IMG/VR virus record: IMGVR_UViG_3300034103_001027
Coordinates: 42,834 to 106,833 of that record
Length of the DNA: 64,000 nt
Strand: one strand, 5' to 3'
DNA from: a virus
Made by a program: the position numbers and the translations under genes. Each line of letters starts with the position of its first letter. Within the stretch, counting starts at the first letter, position 1. Positions 1-10,047 of this stretch are shown piece after piece. A model generated the notes under the pieces. The model ran no database searches. It saw only the letters and a list, made by a program, of their open reading frames with translations, and was not told the DNA's origin.

Positions 1-1421
1 GATCTGTTAAGGTAGATGCCTTTGACGTTATTACATTTGACGTAGTGCATTTCCCCAAAACCAGTTGGGAAGCCTACCTTTGGATCACCTGGGTAGTCAT
101 TCGAGCAATCAACAGAGATACCGAAGTGCCCCCCATTGGTGTCTCGTGTCGCCGTTTCGCTTCCAATCAGTGCGATATCTCGAATCTCACCGCTTTGTAT
201 CAGGTTGTAGAAGTAGCAGTATTTGATCAAAGATGGCGGACAGTAGTATGGGTCTGTTCGATTGCTGTAGACAGCGTTGCGACATTCGAGAGCGCCGCCA
301 CGAATGGTAACGCCCTCTGAGAATATGCGGATCATGTCGACCGCTGCCGAACCACTATAGAGGCAGCCTACAGTACCGTTAGTGATTCTCTTGGATAAGT
401 TAGCTTCACCCTTGAGAAACACGTTCTTAGGTTTGGCTATTGTCAGTGTACTTAGTACGCAATAGCACCCATCGATATAAGCATCGTACTCGGAGTCAAA
501 TAAGTATTGGACTATCGCCGTCGCATCAACTGCCGAGGAGTAGTTGAGTGTGCTTAGCTGCCTGGAAGCGCCGAGGTTCTGCGGAGTTACCCAATTGTTA
601 GTCGGAGCGATCTTCCACAACTTGTAAGTGGCCCCGCTACCAAGTTTGATAATGTCCTTACCGTTGGAAATGTCTTCAGCGTCTGGGTAGCTAACCGTCT
701 CGCCCTCAGTCATGCCGTCCGGCGTGCCGTTCTCGAAGTTCTTATAGAACGTAAGTGGGGAGCCTCCTACCGTTGCACCCTGAATACGAAAATCGCGATA
801 GTGCGTGATCGTCCCGCTATAGTACGCACCAAATACAATCTTTTGGGCAGACGTAATCGTAAACTCTGTTTTGACTCGAACCGTTACCAAGTACCATACG
901 TTTTTCGCTAGATTCTCCTGGTCTTGAAACGTGCCGTCTTCCGTTTCAACAGAAACGACTTCAATCTTGGCTGTAGATACGTTGAATCTGATGAAACCGC
1001 TGGAAGTACGAAAACCAAAAATCTGGTCATGCAAATACACGTCACCCGCTGCACCTGTTAAGGAAGAACTAGAGTCAATCCTACACCAGGCTTGAATTAC
1101 CGCGCCAACTGGTAGTGTCACAGTTCCGCCTAGCGTGCTGCCTGCGATCTCTACACGGTTCCCTGTGTAACTGCCGCCTGAACTGCCAGCGACTCGTAGA
1201 TACTTACCGACCGTGTTGCGCAATAGACGGAAGTTACAGCCGCGATCTCGAACGTACGCCTCAGTATTCAATGGAACATCTAGCCCGAGAGCGTCTACAG
1301 TGGCGACTTGCTGGACCGCGCCAATCAGTTCTGGCTCTAATTCCACCGAGTCAAACAGATCGCCCAGCCGTTCTTCTACGACGGCTTCAGCAATGGGTCT
1401 TGGGTTTGGAATGACTGTCAT
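1..1421 (-). CDS. Putative tailspike/tail fibre protein with pectate-lyase-like beta-helix (partial, runs off the left edge)
   Basis: ATG at 1421 overlaps the TGA of the upstream gene. The frame stays open in the segments translated by hand and is missing from the ORF track, consistent with running off the edge. It contains 'WVTPQNLGA...AVDATAIVQ', typical of the start of tailspike beta-helices, and lies downstream of the portal. Confidence 0.6.
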   Translation of the reverse strand, partial: MTVIPNPRPIAEAVVEERLGDLFDSVELEPELIGAVQQVATVDALGLDVPLNTEAYVRDRGCNFRLLRNTVGKYLRVAGSSGGSYTGNRVEIAGSTLGGTVTLPVGAVIQAWCRIDSSSSLTGAAGDVYLHDQIFGFRTSSGFIRFNVSTAKIEVVSVETEDGTFQDQENLAKNVWYLVTVRVKTEFTITSAQKIVFGAYYSGTITHYRDFRIQGATVGGSPLTFYKNFENGTPDGMTEGETVSYPDAEDISNGKDIIKLGSGATYKLWKIAPTNNWVTPQNLGASRQLSTLNYSSAVDATAIVQYLFDSEYDAYIDGCYCVLSTLTIAKPKNVFLKGEANLSKRITNGTVGCLYSGSAAVDMIRIFSEGVTIRGGALECRNAVYSNRTDPYYCPPSLIKYCYFYNLIQSGEIRDIALIGSETATRDTNGGHFGISVDCSNDYPGDPKVGFPTGFGEMHYVKCNNVKGIYLNR

Positions 1422-2176
1422 AGCGTCACCCCCGAGCGAGCCGCTAACCAAGATTCTACGGCGGTCAGATCATCACCCGCCAGAATCTCTGTGAACAAGA
1501 GTAGTGCGTAGATGTTACCAGTCAGCGTTCTGATACCGTCAGAAGTCCTGCCGGATATTCGTACATTCGCATTCCCCCATGTGCCCGCGCCTTGGCTCGA
1601 TGTCGTGGCTGTGCCGTTGACTCCGTTTATCCTGGTTTGCAATAAAGCAGAAGACCTACGAAAAAAGCCAGTAACAATTTCGGTATAGGGTTGTGCGGAA
1701 ACGTTTTGTGGTGAAGTCTGCCGTGTCGTGCCGACATTCGATCCCGCAACAATCGCTGGAGCTGTATTGTACTGCATGGAGAACCCAGGATTGACAGAAC
1801 CATTATTTTGATTGATCAGCATTATATCCGTACCCGCCTCTCGACGAACAGCAGCACAGATAGTCATGGCATTCAGCGAACTCATATCCAGCGTGCTATC
1901 TAACCTCTTGCCAGTGAACACGAGATACTTTAGCCCACCCGCTTCGGTGTATGTCGGAGCATTAGTAGCTTCGGTGAATAGCGTTGCGTTCGCTGTTTTG
2001 TCGCGCCAAGCCTTTACTGTTTGACCTGAAGCCGTAACCGCTGTAGTTGCCGCAGTATCAGTAAATAGCGTCGACATATCGGAAGCGTCCAGGCAAAGCC
2101 GACACGAGGCTATATTGAGAGGGGACCACTCCTCCTCGCCGCCAGGTATGTTCATGATAATGTTGGATACACTCAT
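1418..2176 (-). CDS. LamG/concanavalin-A-like domain virion protein
   Basis: Motifs 'LCLDASD...VKAWRDK...APTY...GNIYALLLF...VESWLA' resemble LamG-like phage tail domains; structural-module context. Confidence 0.6.
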   Translation of the reverse strand: MSVSNIIMNIPGGEEEWSPLNIASCRLCLDASDMSTLFTDTAATTAVTASGQTVKAWRDKTANATLFTEATNAPTYTEAGGLKYLVFTGKRLDSTLDMSSLNAMTICAAVRREAGTDIMLINQNNGSVNPGFSMQYNTAPAIVAGSNVGTTRQTSPQNVSAQPYTEIVTGFFRRSSALLQTRINGVNGTATTSSQGAGTWGNANVRISGRTSDGIRTLTGNIYALLLFTEILAGDDLTAVESWLAARSGVTL

Positions 2177-2746
2177 TGTTTTACTGGCCTTCCGTGCTTC
2201 TTTTCCACATAGGACTTCAGCTCTTGCTTGGTCATAGACCCAGCTTCGCCAGTCTTCGTGTAGTGATCCATCATTCTCTTTGTGACTTTTGGGTTGAGTG
2301 CTTTTTGCTTAGGTATCTTGTTTGGATCCGGCGCGACGTACAGTCCCGGCATGTCGCAGCCCTTGCCTGACTTCTGAAGCCTGCGCTTCATCTCGGATAA
2401 GCCCTCTCCGGGCTTGAAGAATGCGTCAGGGTTCCCGCCTTTGTCGTCGTCGAGTTGTCCGATGTAAACGTCATTCGCCCCTACGGTGTAGCCGCGCTTC
2501 CTCGCCTGGGATGCTATGTGATTAGTCCAGTTGACGTCGCCTTCCAGTTGGTCAAGCAGTGTTCCCCTGCCAGCATGGAACTGCGTATCGCTCCTGTGTC
2601 CAGGCGGCTTACGGCTCTCAAGCATATCTTGGCATTTGCTCATGAACTTTTTAGCTAGAGACTCAGGCAGTGGCGGGAAGTAGACCTTTTGTCCGTCAAC
2701 AATATTGACGCTGTACTTCGTGCCGTTAATCGTCATGAAAAACATC
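2173..2746 (-). CDS. Hypothetical protein in the head-tail module
   Basis: ORF 2173..2847; a start after the portal stop (ATG near 2746) is more plausible. Confidence 0.5.
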
Positions 2747-2755
2747 TGGGGGTTC

Positions 2756-4837
2756 CTATTCGTAGAAGCCTGTATCTTCTTCCATGTCTTCATCTGGAGC
2801 CGGATTAAATCCATCCAGCTGCTCAGGTGCAACACCGATACCTTCAACCATCATCTTGTGAGCCTTCTCTGCGTTGTTAAGCTGTAGCTTGCCAATGGCA
2901 GCCATCTGCTTCGCCTTGGCCATCTCTCGATCTTCTTGCATCGCAGCGATCTCTTCCTCAGATGGCCCTTGTTGCTGCTGTTGCACAGGTGGGTACTCCC
3001 AGGAACTGGTATCCTGGTCGATGGACTTGCCGATAGCACGAATCAAGCTGTTGAGAGGTTCTGTATTGCCAGTTGTTCCTGCGTACCATTGTGCCACTGG
3101 CAGCATGAAGGCCGACATTTGTTGCATGTTCTGAGCCTCTCTGGCCTTATTTGGTCGTCGGGTGGACCCAGCTTCGATCATGATGGTCATCTCGCGGAAG
3201 TACACATCAGGGTCCGCCTTGGTGATTAGTTCGGTCCACAGTTCTGACCCGAATGGGCCAAGAAGAGGCTTAAGAGTCGGGCCTTCTACGGAGTAACCAG
3301 CAGCGATGCGCTCGACGTTCGCGATGTCTGACTGCCACTCCTCCACTCTGGAAGCCATAAACTCCGGTCTTACTGCGACAGCCTCGCCCTTGATATTCGC
3401 GTCTGCTGCCGTTCTTGTAACCTTACCCCCAGGATTCAGGCCGTACATTAGGTCGGTTAATCCTACGGCCTTATCGAAGCTGGCGCTCATGATCTCAACC
3501 ATGCGCCAGACATCCATATTTAGCGGCTGCCTCTTAACACTGGAGATGAATTGGTCTATGGCCTCTCCAGCTGATGGATTGAGCGAGATGACCTCATGCC
3601 TCAGGCTGAGGATCTTAGAGACTGTGTCGCTATCCAGGACGTTACTGATGGCTATCTTGTCCAGGCTGTCCCTGTACGCCTTCTCTGCAATGGAGCAGAG
3701 GATTAAATTCATGATGGTCAACTGGCCAAGTCCAGCGCTGACTGTGGCGATAGGCCAGCATGTCTGCGGGTTATCCCAGAAGTCCAGGAGGCACACGGGC
3801 CATCTGCCATCCCTGTAGTACGGGATCGGCCAATCCATTCTCGCCTTGAGTTGCGAAAGCTCGATAGTAGAGGCTTCATCGTTTCTCAGGTTCAGTAATT
3901 CATTGACACCTGGACATACACAGAGGTAAGCTTCATCTCCTACCTCATCCTCAAACGCCTGATGCCATTCCTGCGCGCCTGAGCCATTGAATCGCGTCCC
4001 AACGCCACATAGGCTGAATATCTCGTACCAGACAGTCAAGTCATTGACATTCCTGGGGGCCTTATTCATCTTGCTGACTTCAGCGCCCATTCGAGAGGCT
4101 ACCGATGCGCCTTTGCCCTTAAGGCTGTTGCGAGGCCAGTTGAACCGTCTCTCGACTTCCCAGTGCGGATCGCAATGCTTGATGGCAACCCACTTGCATC
4201 CAGAGAGATCCCCTTGTTTGCAATTGGGGTCAATGAACAGGTCGTCGACATTGATCCTGAAGCCACCTGTAAGCTCGTAGTTGGCTCCATGGGGCTTGTA
4301 CGTGTCAATCTTGATCACTCCACGCCCCTTAATCAGGGCATCAAGGATCGCAAGCCTGCTCTGAGCCTTCAGGCCGCCTCCAGGCTGCTCTCGCTGGGAG
4401 TAATTGAGATATCGCTCCATGATCTTGCATGTAGCGTCATTGATGGCCCTGGTTTGTGCCTGCTCCATAAGGAACTGTTGTGCCATTGGCGCAGCTTCGG
4501 GCGATTGCAGGTCTATGCCCCTTAGCGCCAGTGGCACAGAAGGGTCAATGTCCAGCGCGGAATACATTGAAGCGTACCGTCCCGCATCGGCCCACATAAG
4601 GGACGGGCCAACAATGGACGTAAGCTCGAAGGTTTTGTTAAGGGTCAATCGAAACTGAGGCGCAGGTAATCCACCAAGAAACCTGGATCGAAATGAATCG
4701 TTCCACATTGCGTCCATGGAGCCGGTAAAGAAGGTCTGGCAGATCTCAGCAGTCTTGCTGAATGGTGCCTTAGCTTCTTCTGCGGCCTTGATGGCAGCGG
4801 ACCAGATTTTTGGTAGAGCGCCTAGATCGACTTGCAT
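2756..4837 (-). CDS. Portal protein (podovirus/P22-like size)
   Basis: 693 aa, downstream of TerL; contains 'DALIKGRGVIK' and 'RTAADA' segments and a Q-rich coiled C-terminus, as in large portals. Confidence 0.75.
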   Translation of the reverse strand: MQVDLGALPKIWSAAIKAAEEAKAPFSKTAEICQTFFTGSMDAMWNDSFRSRFLGGLPAPQFRLTLNKTFELTSIVGPSLMWADAGRYASMYSALDIDPSVPLALRGIDLQSPEAAPMAQQFLMEQAQTRAINDATCKIMERYLNYSQREQPGGGLKAQSRLAILDALIKGRGVIKIDTYKPHGANYELTGGFRINVDDLFIDPNCKQGDLSGCKWVAIKHCDPHWEVERRFNWPRNSLKGKGASVASRMGAEVSKMNKAPRNVNDLTVWYEIFSLCGVGTRFNGSGAQEWHQAFEDEVGDEAYLCVCPGVNELLNLRNDEASTIELSQLKARMDWPIPYYRDGRWPVCLLDFWDNPQTCWPIATVSAGLGQLTIMNLILCSIAEKAYRDSLDKIAISNVLDSDTVSKILSLRHEVISLNPSAGEAIDQFISSVKRQPLNMDVWRMVEIMSASFDKAVGLTDLMYGLNPGGKVTRTAADANIKGEAVAVRPEFMASRVEEWQSDIANVERIAAGYSVEGPTLKPLLGPFGSELWTELITKADPDVYFREMTIMIEAGSTRRPNKAREAQNMQQMSAFMLPVAQWYAGTTGNTEPLNSLIRAIGKSIDQDTSSWEYPPVQQQQQGPSEEEIAAMQEDREMAKAKQMAAIGKLQLNNAEKAHKMMVEGIGVAPEQLDGFNPAPDEDMEEDTGFYE

Positions 4838-5184
4838 TAGACTTCGACTTTCTTGCCCTGCAGCGCCTTGATTCGTTTTTCAATGTACTGCTTCGCTAGT
4901 GGGGCAGGCTCCCAACAACCTTTGCGAGATGCTGCAGTGCTGATATTCCCTCGAGAGTCAAACACTCTTCGGTCGCCGATATGGAATACGCCGTCTTGAT
5001 ACATGGCGGACCCATCGGTGTCTGGGAAGAAATTGATGTCAGCTTGGCCTTGATCCCACCCCTTGTGGATGATTCCGTTGAGCGGAGTTGCGTTTGGGTC
5101 AACGCGGCCACCTGGCCAGTAGAGGACGGGGATTCCGGTTTCTGGTACTTCGGAGTAGTGATCTGGCTGTGTTTCTGGGGTCAT
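4837..5184 (-). CDS. Hypothetical protein between TerL and portal
   Basis: 115-aa ORF whose stop overlaps the portal start. Confidence 0.6.
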   Translation of the reverse strand: MTPETQPDHYSEVPETGIPVLYWPGGRVDPNATPLNGIIHKGWDQGQADINFFPDTDGSAMYQDGVFHIGDRRVFDSRGNISTAASRKGCWEPAPLAKQYIEKRIKALQGKKVEV

Positions 5185-5194
5185 GTTCTTTCCG

Positions 5195-6883
5195 TTAGTA
5201 AAAGGTTCCTATTGAGACTGTTGGTCTCTCCGTGTTTTGCCCAAACTTTTTCATGTATCGCTGATACGCTGGGCTCGCATCCTCGATGGTTGGCTTGATA
5301 AAGAAGTAATACGGTTTCGATCCTGCAAAGTATCCGAGCGCGTCAGCTACGTCGCTTGGCTGCCCGTCCGCTTTGCGTTCATCGACAGCTTCTTTTTGAA
5401 TCACTTTCTTCTTCAGTTTGGTTAGCTGGACGCAAAGGTTTGGGCATCTGTGTGTCACGATCCTTAACCTGGGAAGCCCTTTTTGATTCGGATGCATCCA
5501 GCCGTTGATAATCATTTGCCTACCGCCGACATCATCGCTGCCAGGGCGGAACCTGTGTTTCGTTGAGAAGCATGTTAGGCCAGCTAGCAAGAAGGCCCTT
5601 TCGTACTCATCTACAATCCGGCACCCAAAACCCATCGGCGTCTGTCGGGATGCCCTATGGTCAATAATGAACTTGAAGAATTTCTCATCCTGAGCCTCTC
5701 GCTTGATCAACTGAGCGAGCTGAACCGCATCAGCTCTTCCCGGATAAAATTCTTGATACGGGACGAAGTATTCACCAAACTCCGGTGGAGGGACTGCACA
5801 CAAAAGAGCAGCGGGTGCAGAAGTTCCTGGATCGACGATAAGGTATTTAGTCCATGTATTAGGAGGAAGCCCATCACGAGAACGAAGAGTCCGACTAACC
5901 ACATCTTCACGATCCTCATCATCAATAATTGCTGAGTGAACATACTTATCAAACAGTGGGTACATCCTAAGGTTTGCAGAGACAAATAGTCCCTTGTCTC
6001 GAGCCATCGCTTCTTCTGGTGTCGAGCACCCCGCAAGAAACTCGGCTATCGCCTTCCGGCCTAAATGCCTGTTGCCAGACATTGTTAGCATGACCTTGCG
6101 GGCGATGTGGTGATTACCGGCCTCGATCTCCCGGTCAATCATGTCCACGTATTTCTTCAAGTCCTCGCTGTCCTCGTCAGGCCATGACGACCACATGAGC
6201 CGTCCATCCCTATCGAGCAGTCGAGCCTTGGCTTCATCCACATACCCGTCGATATAGCACCGCTCGTCAATCCATATTTCATCAACCGGATCTCCAGGCT
6301 GCGGTGCGCCACGACTTGAAAATGCGAATATCTCTGCAAGGTCTTCTCCGGTCGACGGGTCCTTGATAATGACCTTATTGAAGATGTTCTCGCTCTTAAC
6401 ATTCCATGAGATACTCTTAATGAATCTCTTGGGTATCAGAGGCGGACTATCCTTCGGCTTAAGCCCCTTGTCTTTGTCTGGGTCGTATGCTCTTAGCTCT
6501 TTAGTCAGTGGGTCGGTGACGACCTTGAATAGTCCTGACTTGAAGAGAACTCTGTGTATTGTTCTTCCTATGGCGGATTCGTCGAATGCCACGATATACA
6601 TTCGCAGGCATCTACCCTTCTGCCACGGCTCTCTGAGGTCAACTGTCCGTCCGTCTGCTAGTGTTACTGGCGTGTCCGTCGCTATCGCAGCGAACACATG
6701 AGCTAGTACAACTGTTTTTCCCGCGCGGTTCCCGCCTTGGCAGCAAGTATACTTGGCCCTTGGCATGTCATATAAAGGCTCTTGCTTGTCGGTTGGCCTG
6801 AATATCCTGATGGCCATCCTGGATCGCTCGACGAGTTCTACGGCTGCTGCTGCTTCTACTGCAGTGAAGTTCAGCCCTGCCAT
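5195..6883 (-). CDS. terL: Terminase large subunit
   Basis: Walker A GGNRAGKT, Walker B IWIDE, and RNase H-like nuclease acidic residues (IVDPG, DVADAL). Confidence 0.9.
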   Translation of the reverse strand: MAGLNFTAVEAAAAVELVERSRMAIRIFRPTDKQEPLYDMPRAKYTCCQGGNRAGKTVVLAHVFAAIATDTPVTLADGRTVDLREPWQKGRCLRMYIVAFDESAIGRTIHRVLFKSGLFKVVTDPLTKELRAYDPDKDKGLKPKDSPPLIPKRFIKSISWNVKSENIFNKVIIKDPSTGEDLAEIFAFSSRGAPQPGDPVDEIWIDERCYIDGYVDEAKARLLDRDGRLMWSSWPDEDSEDLKKYVDMIDREIEAGNHHIARKVMLTMSGNRHLGRKAIAEFLAGCSTPEEAMARDKGLFVSANLRMYPLFDKYVHSAIIDDEDREDVVSRTLRSRDGLPPNTWTKYLIVDPGTSAPAALLCAVPPPEFGEYFVPYQEFYPGRADAVQLAQLIKREAQDEKFFKFIIDHRASRQTPMGFGCRIVDEYERAFLLAGLTCFSTKHRFRPGSDDVGGRQMIINGWMHPNQKGLPRLRIVTHRCPNLCVQLTKLKKKVIQKEAVDERKADGQPSDVADALGYFAGSKPYYFFIKPTIEDASPAYQRYMKKFGQNTERPTVSIGTFY

Positions 6884-7614
6884 TATTCCTCCGTGTACTC
6901 GTCAGCTTTGGGGTCGTATTCAGTATCTTCCCCTGTATTATTCTCTTCTGGAAATTTTTCTATTTCCGAATACTCGGCATCGATAATGACGCCGCCCTTT
7001 TCGAGGATCTCAGTGACAAGTGACGGGTCGGCTTTGATGCACGCCAGAAACACTTTCCTTCTTATGCCTCTGTCTGATACGGCTTGCGCGATGACTGCCG
7101 TTTGCAGTGCTGGGTCTTCCGAGAACGCCTTGAGTGCGATATTAGCGAGGATTGACTCTAGATCCGCTTCATCCAGTGATCCAACATCGAGTTGCTTATC
7201 AGCGTCAGCGGCCTTGGCGTGTCGCGAGATCAGGTCAAACCAGTCCTTTCGGAGGTTGAGGCTTGGCTCGTAGAATTCCTTCTCCTCGATGGATAGGCCA
7301 TTGCCGAGAGCTTTTTGGAACTCTTCATGCATCAGCTTGGCAAAGCCTTCATGCCCGCCAACTTCGGCAAAAAAAGAGGACATGACCATTGGCATGGCCT
7401 GTCCGTCTTTGCCTTTATCTTTTAGTGCTGCTAGAAGCTTCGTTGCAGCGCGGGTGCGGACCCTGCTTTCGGATCTGGTGATTATGCCTTTGGCTTGGTC
7501 GTTGTGATCCATAATACAATCTCGGCACAGTCCACTTGTTAGTTCGGCATTCCTGAAGACAAAGCCGCACGTCATGCAGTGCGAGTGCTGTTTATCTACC
7601 TTGGGCCAAACCAT
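6883..7614 (-). CDS. Hypothetical protein, possible terminase small subunit, with N-terminal CxxC...CxxC zinc finger
   Basis: Directly upstream of and coupled to terL; helical with an acidic tail. ATG at 7614 follows a terminator. Confidence 0.45.
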   Translation of the reverse strand: MVWPKVDKQHSHCMTCGFVFRNAELTSGLCRDCIMDHNDQAKGIITRSESRVRTRAATKLLAALKDKGKDGQAMPMVMSSFFAEVGGHEGFAKLMHEEFQKALGNGLSIEEKEFYEPSLNLRKDWFDLISRHAKAADADKQLDVGSLDEADLESILANIALKAFSEDPALQTAVIAQAVSDRGIRRKVFLACIKADPSLVTEILEKGGVIIDAEYSEIEKFPEENNTGEDTEYDPKADEYTEE

Positions 7615-7625
7615 GTTTCTTCCAG

Positions 7626-7660
7626 AAAAAAAGGCGGGCAGCAACGAGCCACCCGCCCTC
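7626..7660 (-). terminator. Rho-independent terminator after the capsid genes
   Basis: Minus strand GGCGGGTGGC-TCGTT-GCTGCCCGCC followed by T7. Confidence 0.8.
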
Positions 7661-7706
7661 TAGCGGCTTTCGTTACCGATTTAGCCGCCATCCCCAGATT
7701 GTGTGA

Positions 7707-7907
7707 TTAGCTGTTGCCCTTCATGCCCTGCATTTTCAGCGGGCTTGACGACAGAGAGCCAATCGGTTCTGTTCCGACCTTATTTGGGAAGCCAGATGGC
7801 CGTGGAATCACGTTCTGGACCTTTCCCTTAGACAGGGCGACTTTCGCGTCTGCACGATTGGAATCGTTCAGCTTCGCGCCGCCCAGGTTCATTTTTCCAT
7901 TAGCCAT
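7707..7907 (-). CDS. Small basic hypothetical (possibly virion) protein
   Basis: 66-aa ORF with an AAGGAAG RBS, in the capsid operon. Confidence 0.55.
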   Translation of the reverse strand: MANGKMNLGGAKLNDSNRADAKVALSKGKVQNVIPRPSGFPNKVGTEPIGSLSSSPLKMQGMKGNS

Positions 7908-7924
7908 GAGGTACTTCCTTGTTG

Positions 7925-8845
7925 TTAGGCTGCGACGAGTTCGTAAGTAATTAGCGCATGAACTGCAGTTGCGCCAGTCAAGTCACCACCATCCTTAATG
8001 ATGGTGATTGCAGTGTTTGCGTCACATGCAGCAAAGCTCGCGCCGTCAGCCAGGACTAGGCCGTTGGTGGCTGTTCCAATTCGCAGCACTACACTGCGAC
8101 CCAGACCGGCAATCTTAGCGTCCATGAGCGATACGGGTGACGAGGATTGCGTTCCACGCACCAGTATCCCAGTGATTCCTGCGGTTGTTCCGCCGACCGC
8201 AATCAATGACAGGTCGTGCAGTCTGTATTTATATCCAGGTACTGCTGGTAGCAGTGTTGCGCCAGCATTGACATTTGCAGTGGTCGTCTCGACCCTAGCA
8301 GTCTGGACTACACCAGCAGCGGCTGCTGGTCGTGCTGTACTGAAGTCGCACGAGACGTCCGATAGCACATTGTTGGCCACTGCTTCGAGAGCCACGATGT
8401 TTCCTGCTGTTCCAGCCACCAGCTTGCCGCTGGTGCCGCACACGAGGTTTGCGCCTTTAGATACGGTCGCACCGCCAAGTCCTTCAATGCGGCTGGCCTT
8501 GGTGATGATCAGGAATAGCTCGTCGTCTGCAACGTCGGATGTTAGGAATGGATCGACGATGCCGCATGGGGCAGTGCCCGTGGTGCATTGAACGACATCG
8601 GTGTCCATGCGAGTTCCGGAGGTGTCAGGTGTTACCAGAGACCCTGGCTTCAGCGCACCACCGCTCGTATTCTTAACCCACTTGGTCTTAACTCGGCCAC
8701 TATTCAAGACATAGAATATGTCGTTGGCTGAGTCATAACGCATTGCGACATCATCGCGCTCGTCACCAAGCAAGCCTGGTTCTTGAGCGGAGTCAGCCGC
8801 CGCTACTTTCTGCCCGAGGGCATATCTTCCGTGAAAACTAGACAT
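7925..8845 (-). CDS. Capsid decoration/cement-like protein
   Basis: Directly downstream of the MCP; Gly/Ala/Thr/Val-rich beta-type sequence. Confidence 0.55.
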   Translation of the reverse strand: MSSFHGRYALGQKVAAADSAQEPGLLGDERDDVAMRYDSANDIFYVLNSGRVKTKWVKNTSGGALKPGSLVTPDTSGTRMDTDVVQCTTGTAPCGIVDPFLTSDVADDELFLIITKASRIEGLGGATVSKGANLVCGTSGKLVAGTAGNIVALEAVANNVLSDVSCDFSTARPAAAAGVVQTARVETTTANVNAGATLLPAVPGYKYRLHDLSLIAVGGTTAGITGILVRGTQSSSPVSLMDAKIAGLGRSVVLRIGTATNGLVLADGASFAACDANTAITIIKDGGDLTGATAVHALITYELVAA

Positions 8846-8872
8846 TTTGTATATTGCTCCTTGATTGACTGG

Positions 8873-9982
8873 TTATGCTGCGTAGTAAGCGCCGGTGTAC
8901 TTGGGCTGATGGACATAGTTGCCCAAGAAGCCTACTAGGAATTGACTCAACTGGCTTTCTGTGGACCAATCAGTGTCAGTGAAGAACAGGTCGCTGTGTA
9001 CTGAGTACAGGGCTGACGTTGATGGGTTGATCGCAAAGCCTTGACCTGCTGGGCAGTCAAAGTCGCTGGTGATCAAGGATCCACCGTAAGTCAGCGTGTC
9101 AGGGAAGCCTAGATTAGAGGCGTAATCGCTAACGCGAGTTCGCTCTCGTTCTTCCAGTCTGTCCTCGACGGCGCTGTACAATTCTTGCGACAGCAACTGA
9201 ACGACAGGAGCAGCGCCTTCGCCACCAGTGTGACGGATTGACTGAGTCATTCGTCGCATCGCTTTCAAGCAGTTAGCTGCCCATCCTGTCGATGCGCCGA
9301 TGCTGGCCGAGACGTTCATGATCTTGGGACTGTTGTAGTCATAATCGCTGGAGCCAGAACCAAGTGGCCAGTCAGTAAGTAGCGCGGCGCATGGACGGCC
9401 TGATCCAATATTGTTGGACCATGTCCCGCCAATGGCTCCAAGAGCGATTGACAGTCCACCGTAGGTGGTTCCTGCGGTTGGCTTCATGATCCACTCAGTG
9501 GATGGTGAGCCAGGCGTGTCACCCTTCAAGAAGCTCTTGATCCCAGTCATGTACTGAGAGTTTGCTCCACTGTTGTCGATGTAGAACTGGCCGTTCAACT
9601 TGCGAGTCATCGCTCGAACCAAGCGGTCCATCTTCTTGCCAGCTTCGTCAACGATTGCTTGAGGCGAATCGCTGTTGATCATTTGGAATCGACGACGCAT
9701 AGTGTCGGTTGACTCTAGTTCGGCGTGCGAAATTCGCAGTTGCTCGTAAACTTGGGTTTCGTCCCATACGTGACGGTCGCTGCCAGTGATGGCACGAACC
9801 TTTGGCTCGCGTACTTCGATGTCCCAGACCATTTCTGGAGCCTTCATGTTCAGGATAACATTACCCTGGATTTCCATGAGCTTCAGCAAAAGGCGATTTC
9901 GGATGGTGTGATCGGTGGCTTCCTTAAAGTAGGCTGGCACCGTTACTTTGAGCGCGGCTAGCGCTTCAGCAATGGCATTCAC
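8873..9982 (-). CDS. Major capsid protein (HK97 fold)
   Basis: 369 aa, strong RBS (AAGGAG), follows a scaffold-like gene; 'LGFPDTLTYGGSLITSDFDCP' resembles phage MCP C-terminal segments. Confidence 0.75.
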   Translation of the reverse strand: MNAIAEALAALKVTVPAYFKEATDHTIRNRLLLKLMEIQGNVILNMKAPEMVWDIEVREPKVRAITGSDRHVWDETQVYEQLRISHAELESTDTMRRRFQMINSDSPQAIVDEAGKKMDRLVRAMTRKLNGQFYIDNSGANSQYMTGIKSFLKGDTPGSPSTEWIMKPTAGTTYGGLSIALGAIGGTWSNNIGSGRPCAALLTDWPLGSGSSDYDYNSPKIMNVSASIGASTGWAANCLKAMRRMTQSIRHTGGEGAAPVVQLLSQELYSAVEDRLEERERTRVSDYASNLGFPDTLTYGGSLITSDFDCPAGQGFAINPSTSALYSVHSDLFFTDTDWSTESQLSQFLVGFLGNYVHQPKYTGAYYAA

Positions 9983-10047
9983 AGGTTGATACTCCTTACT
10001 GTGTTATGTTGCCTGGCCAGCCTCATGCCGACCAATGGGGTTGTCCG

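Noticed and set aside
1-2176. Diversity-generating retroelement acting on tail genes
   Set aside because: No reverse transcriptase and no TR/VR pair with adenine-specific mismatches seen in this window.
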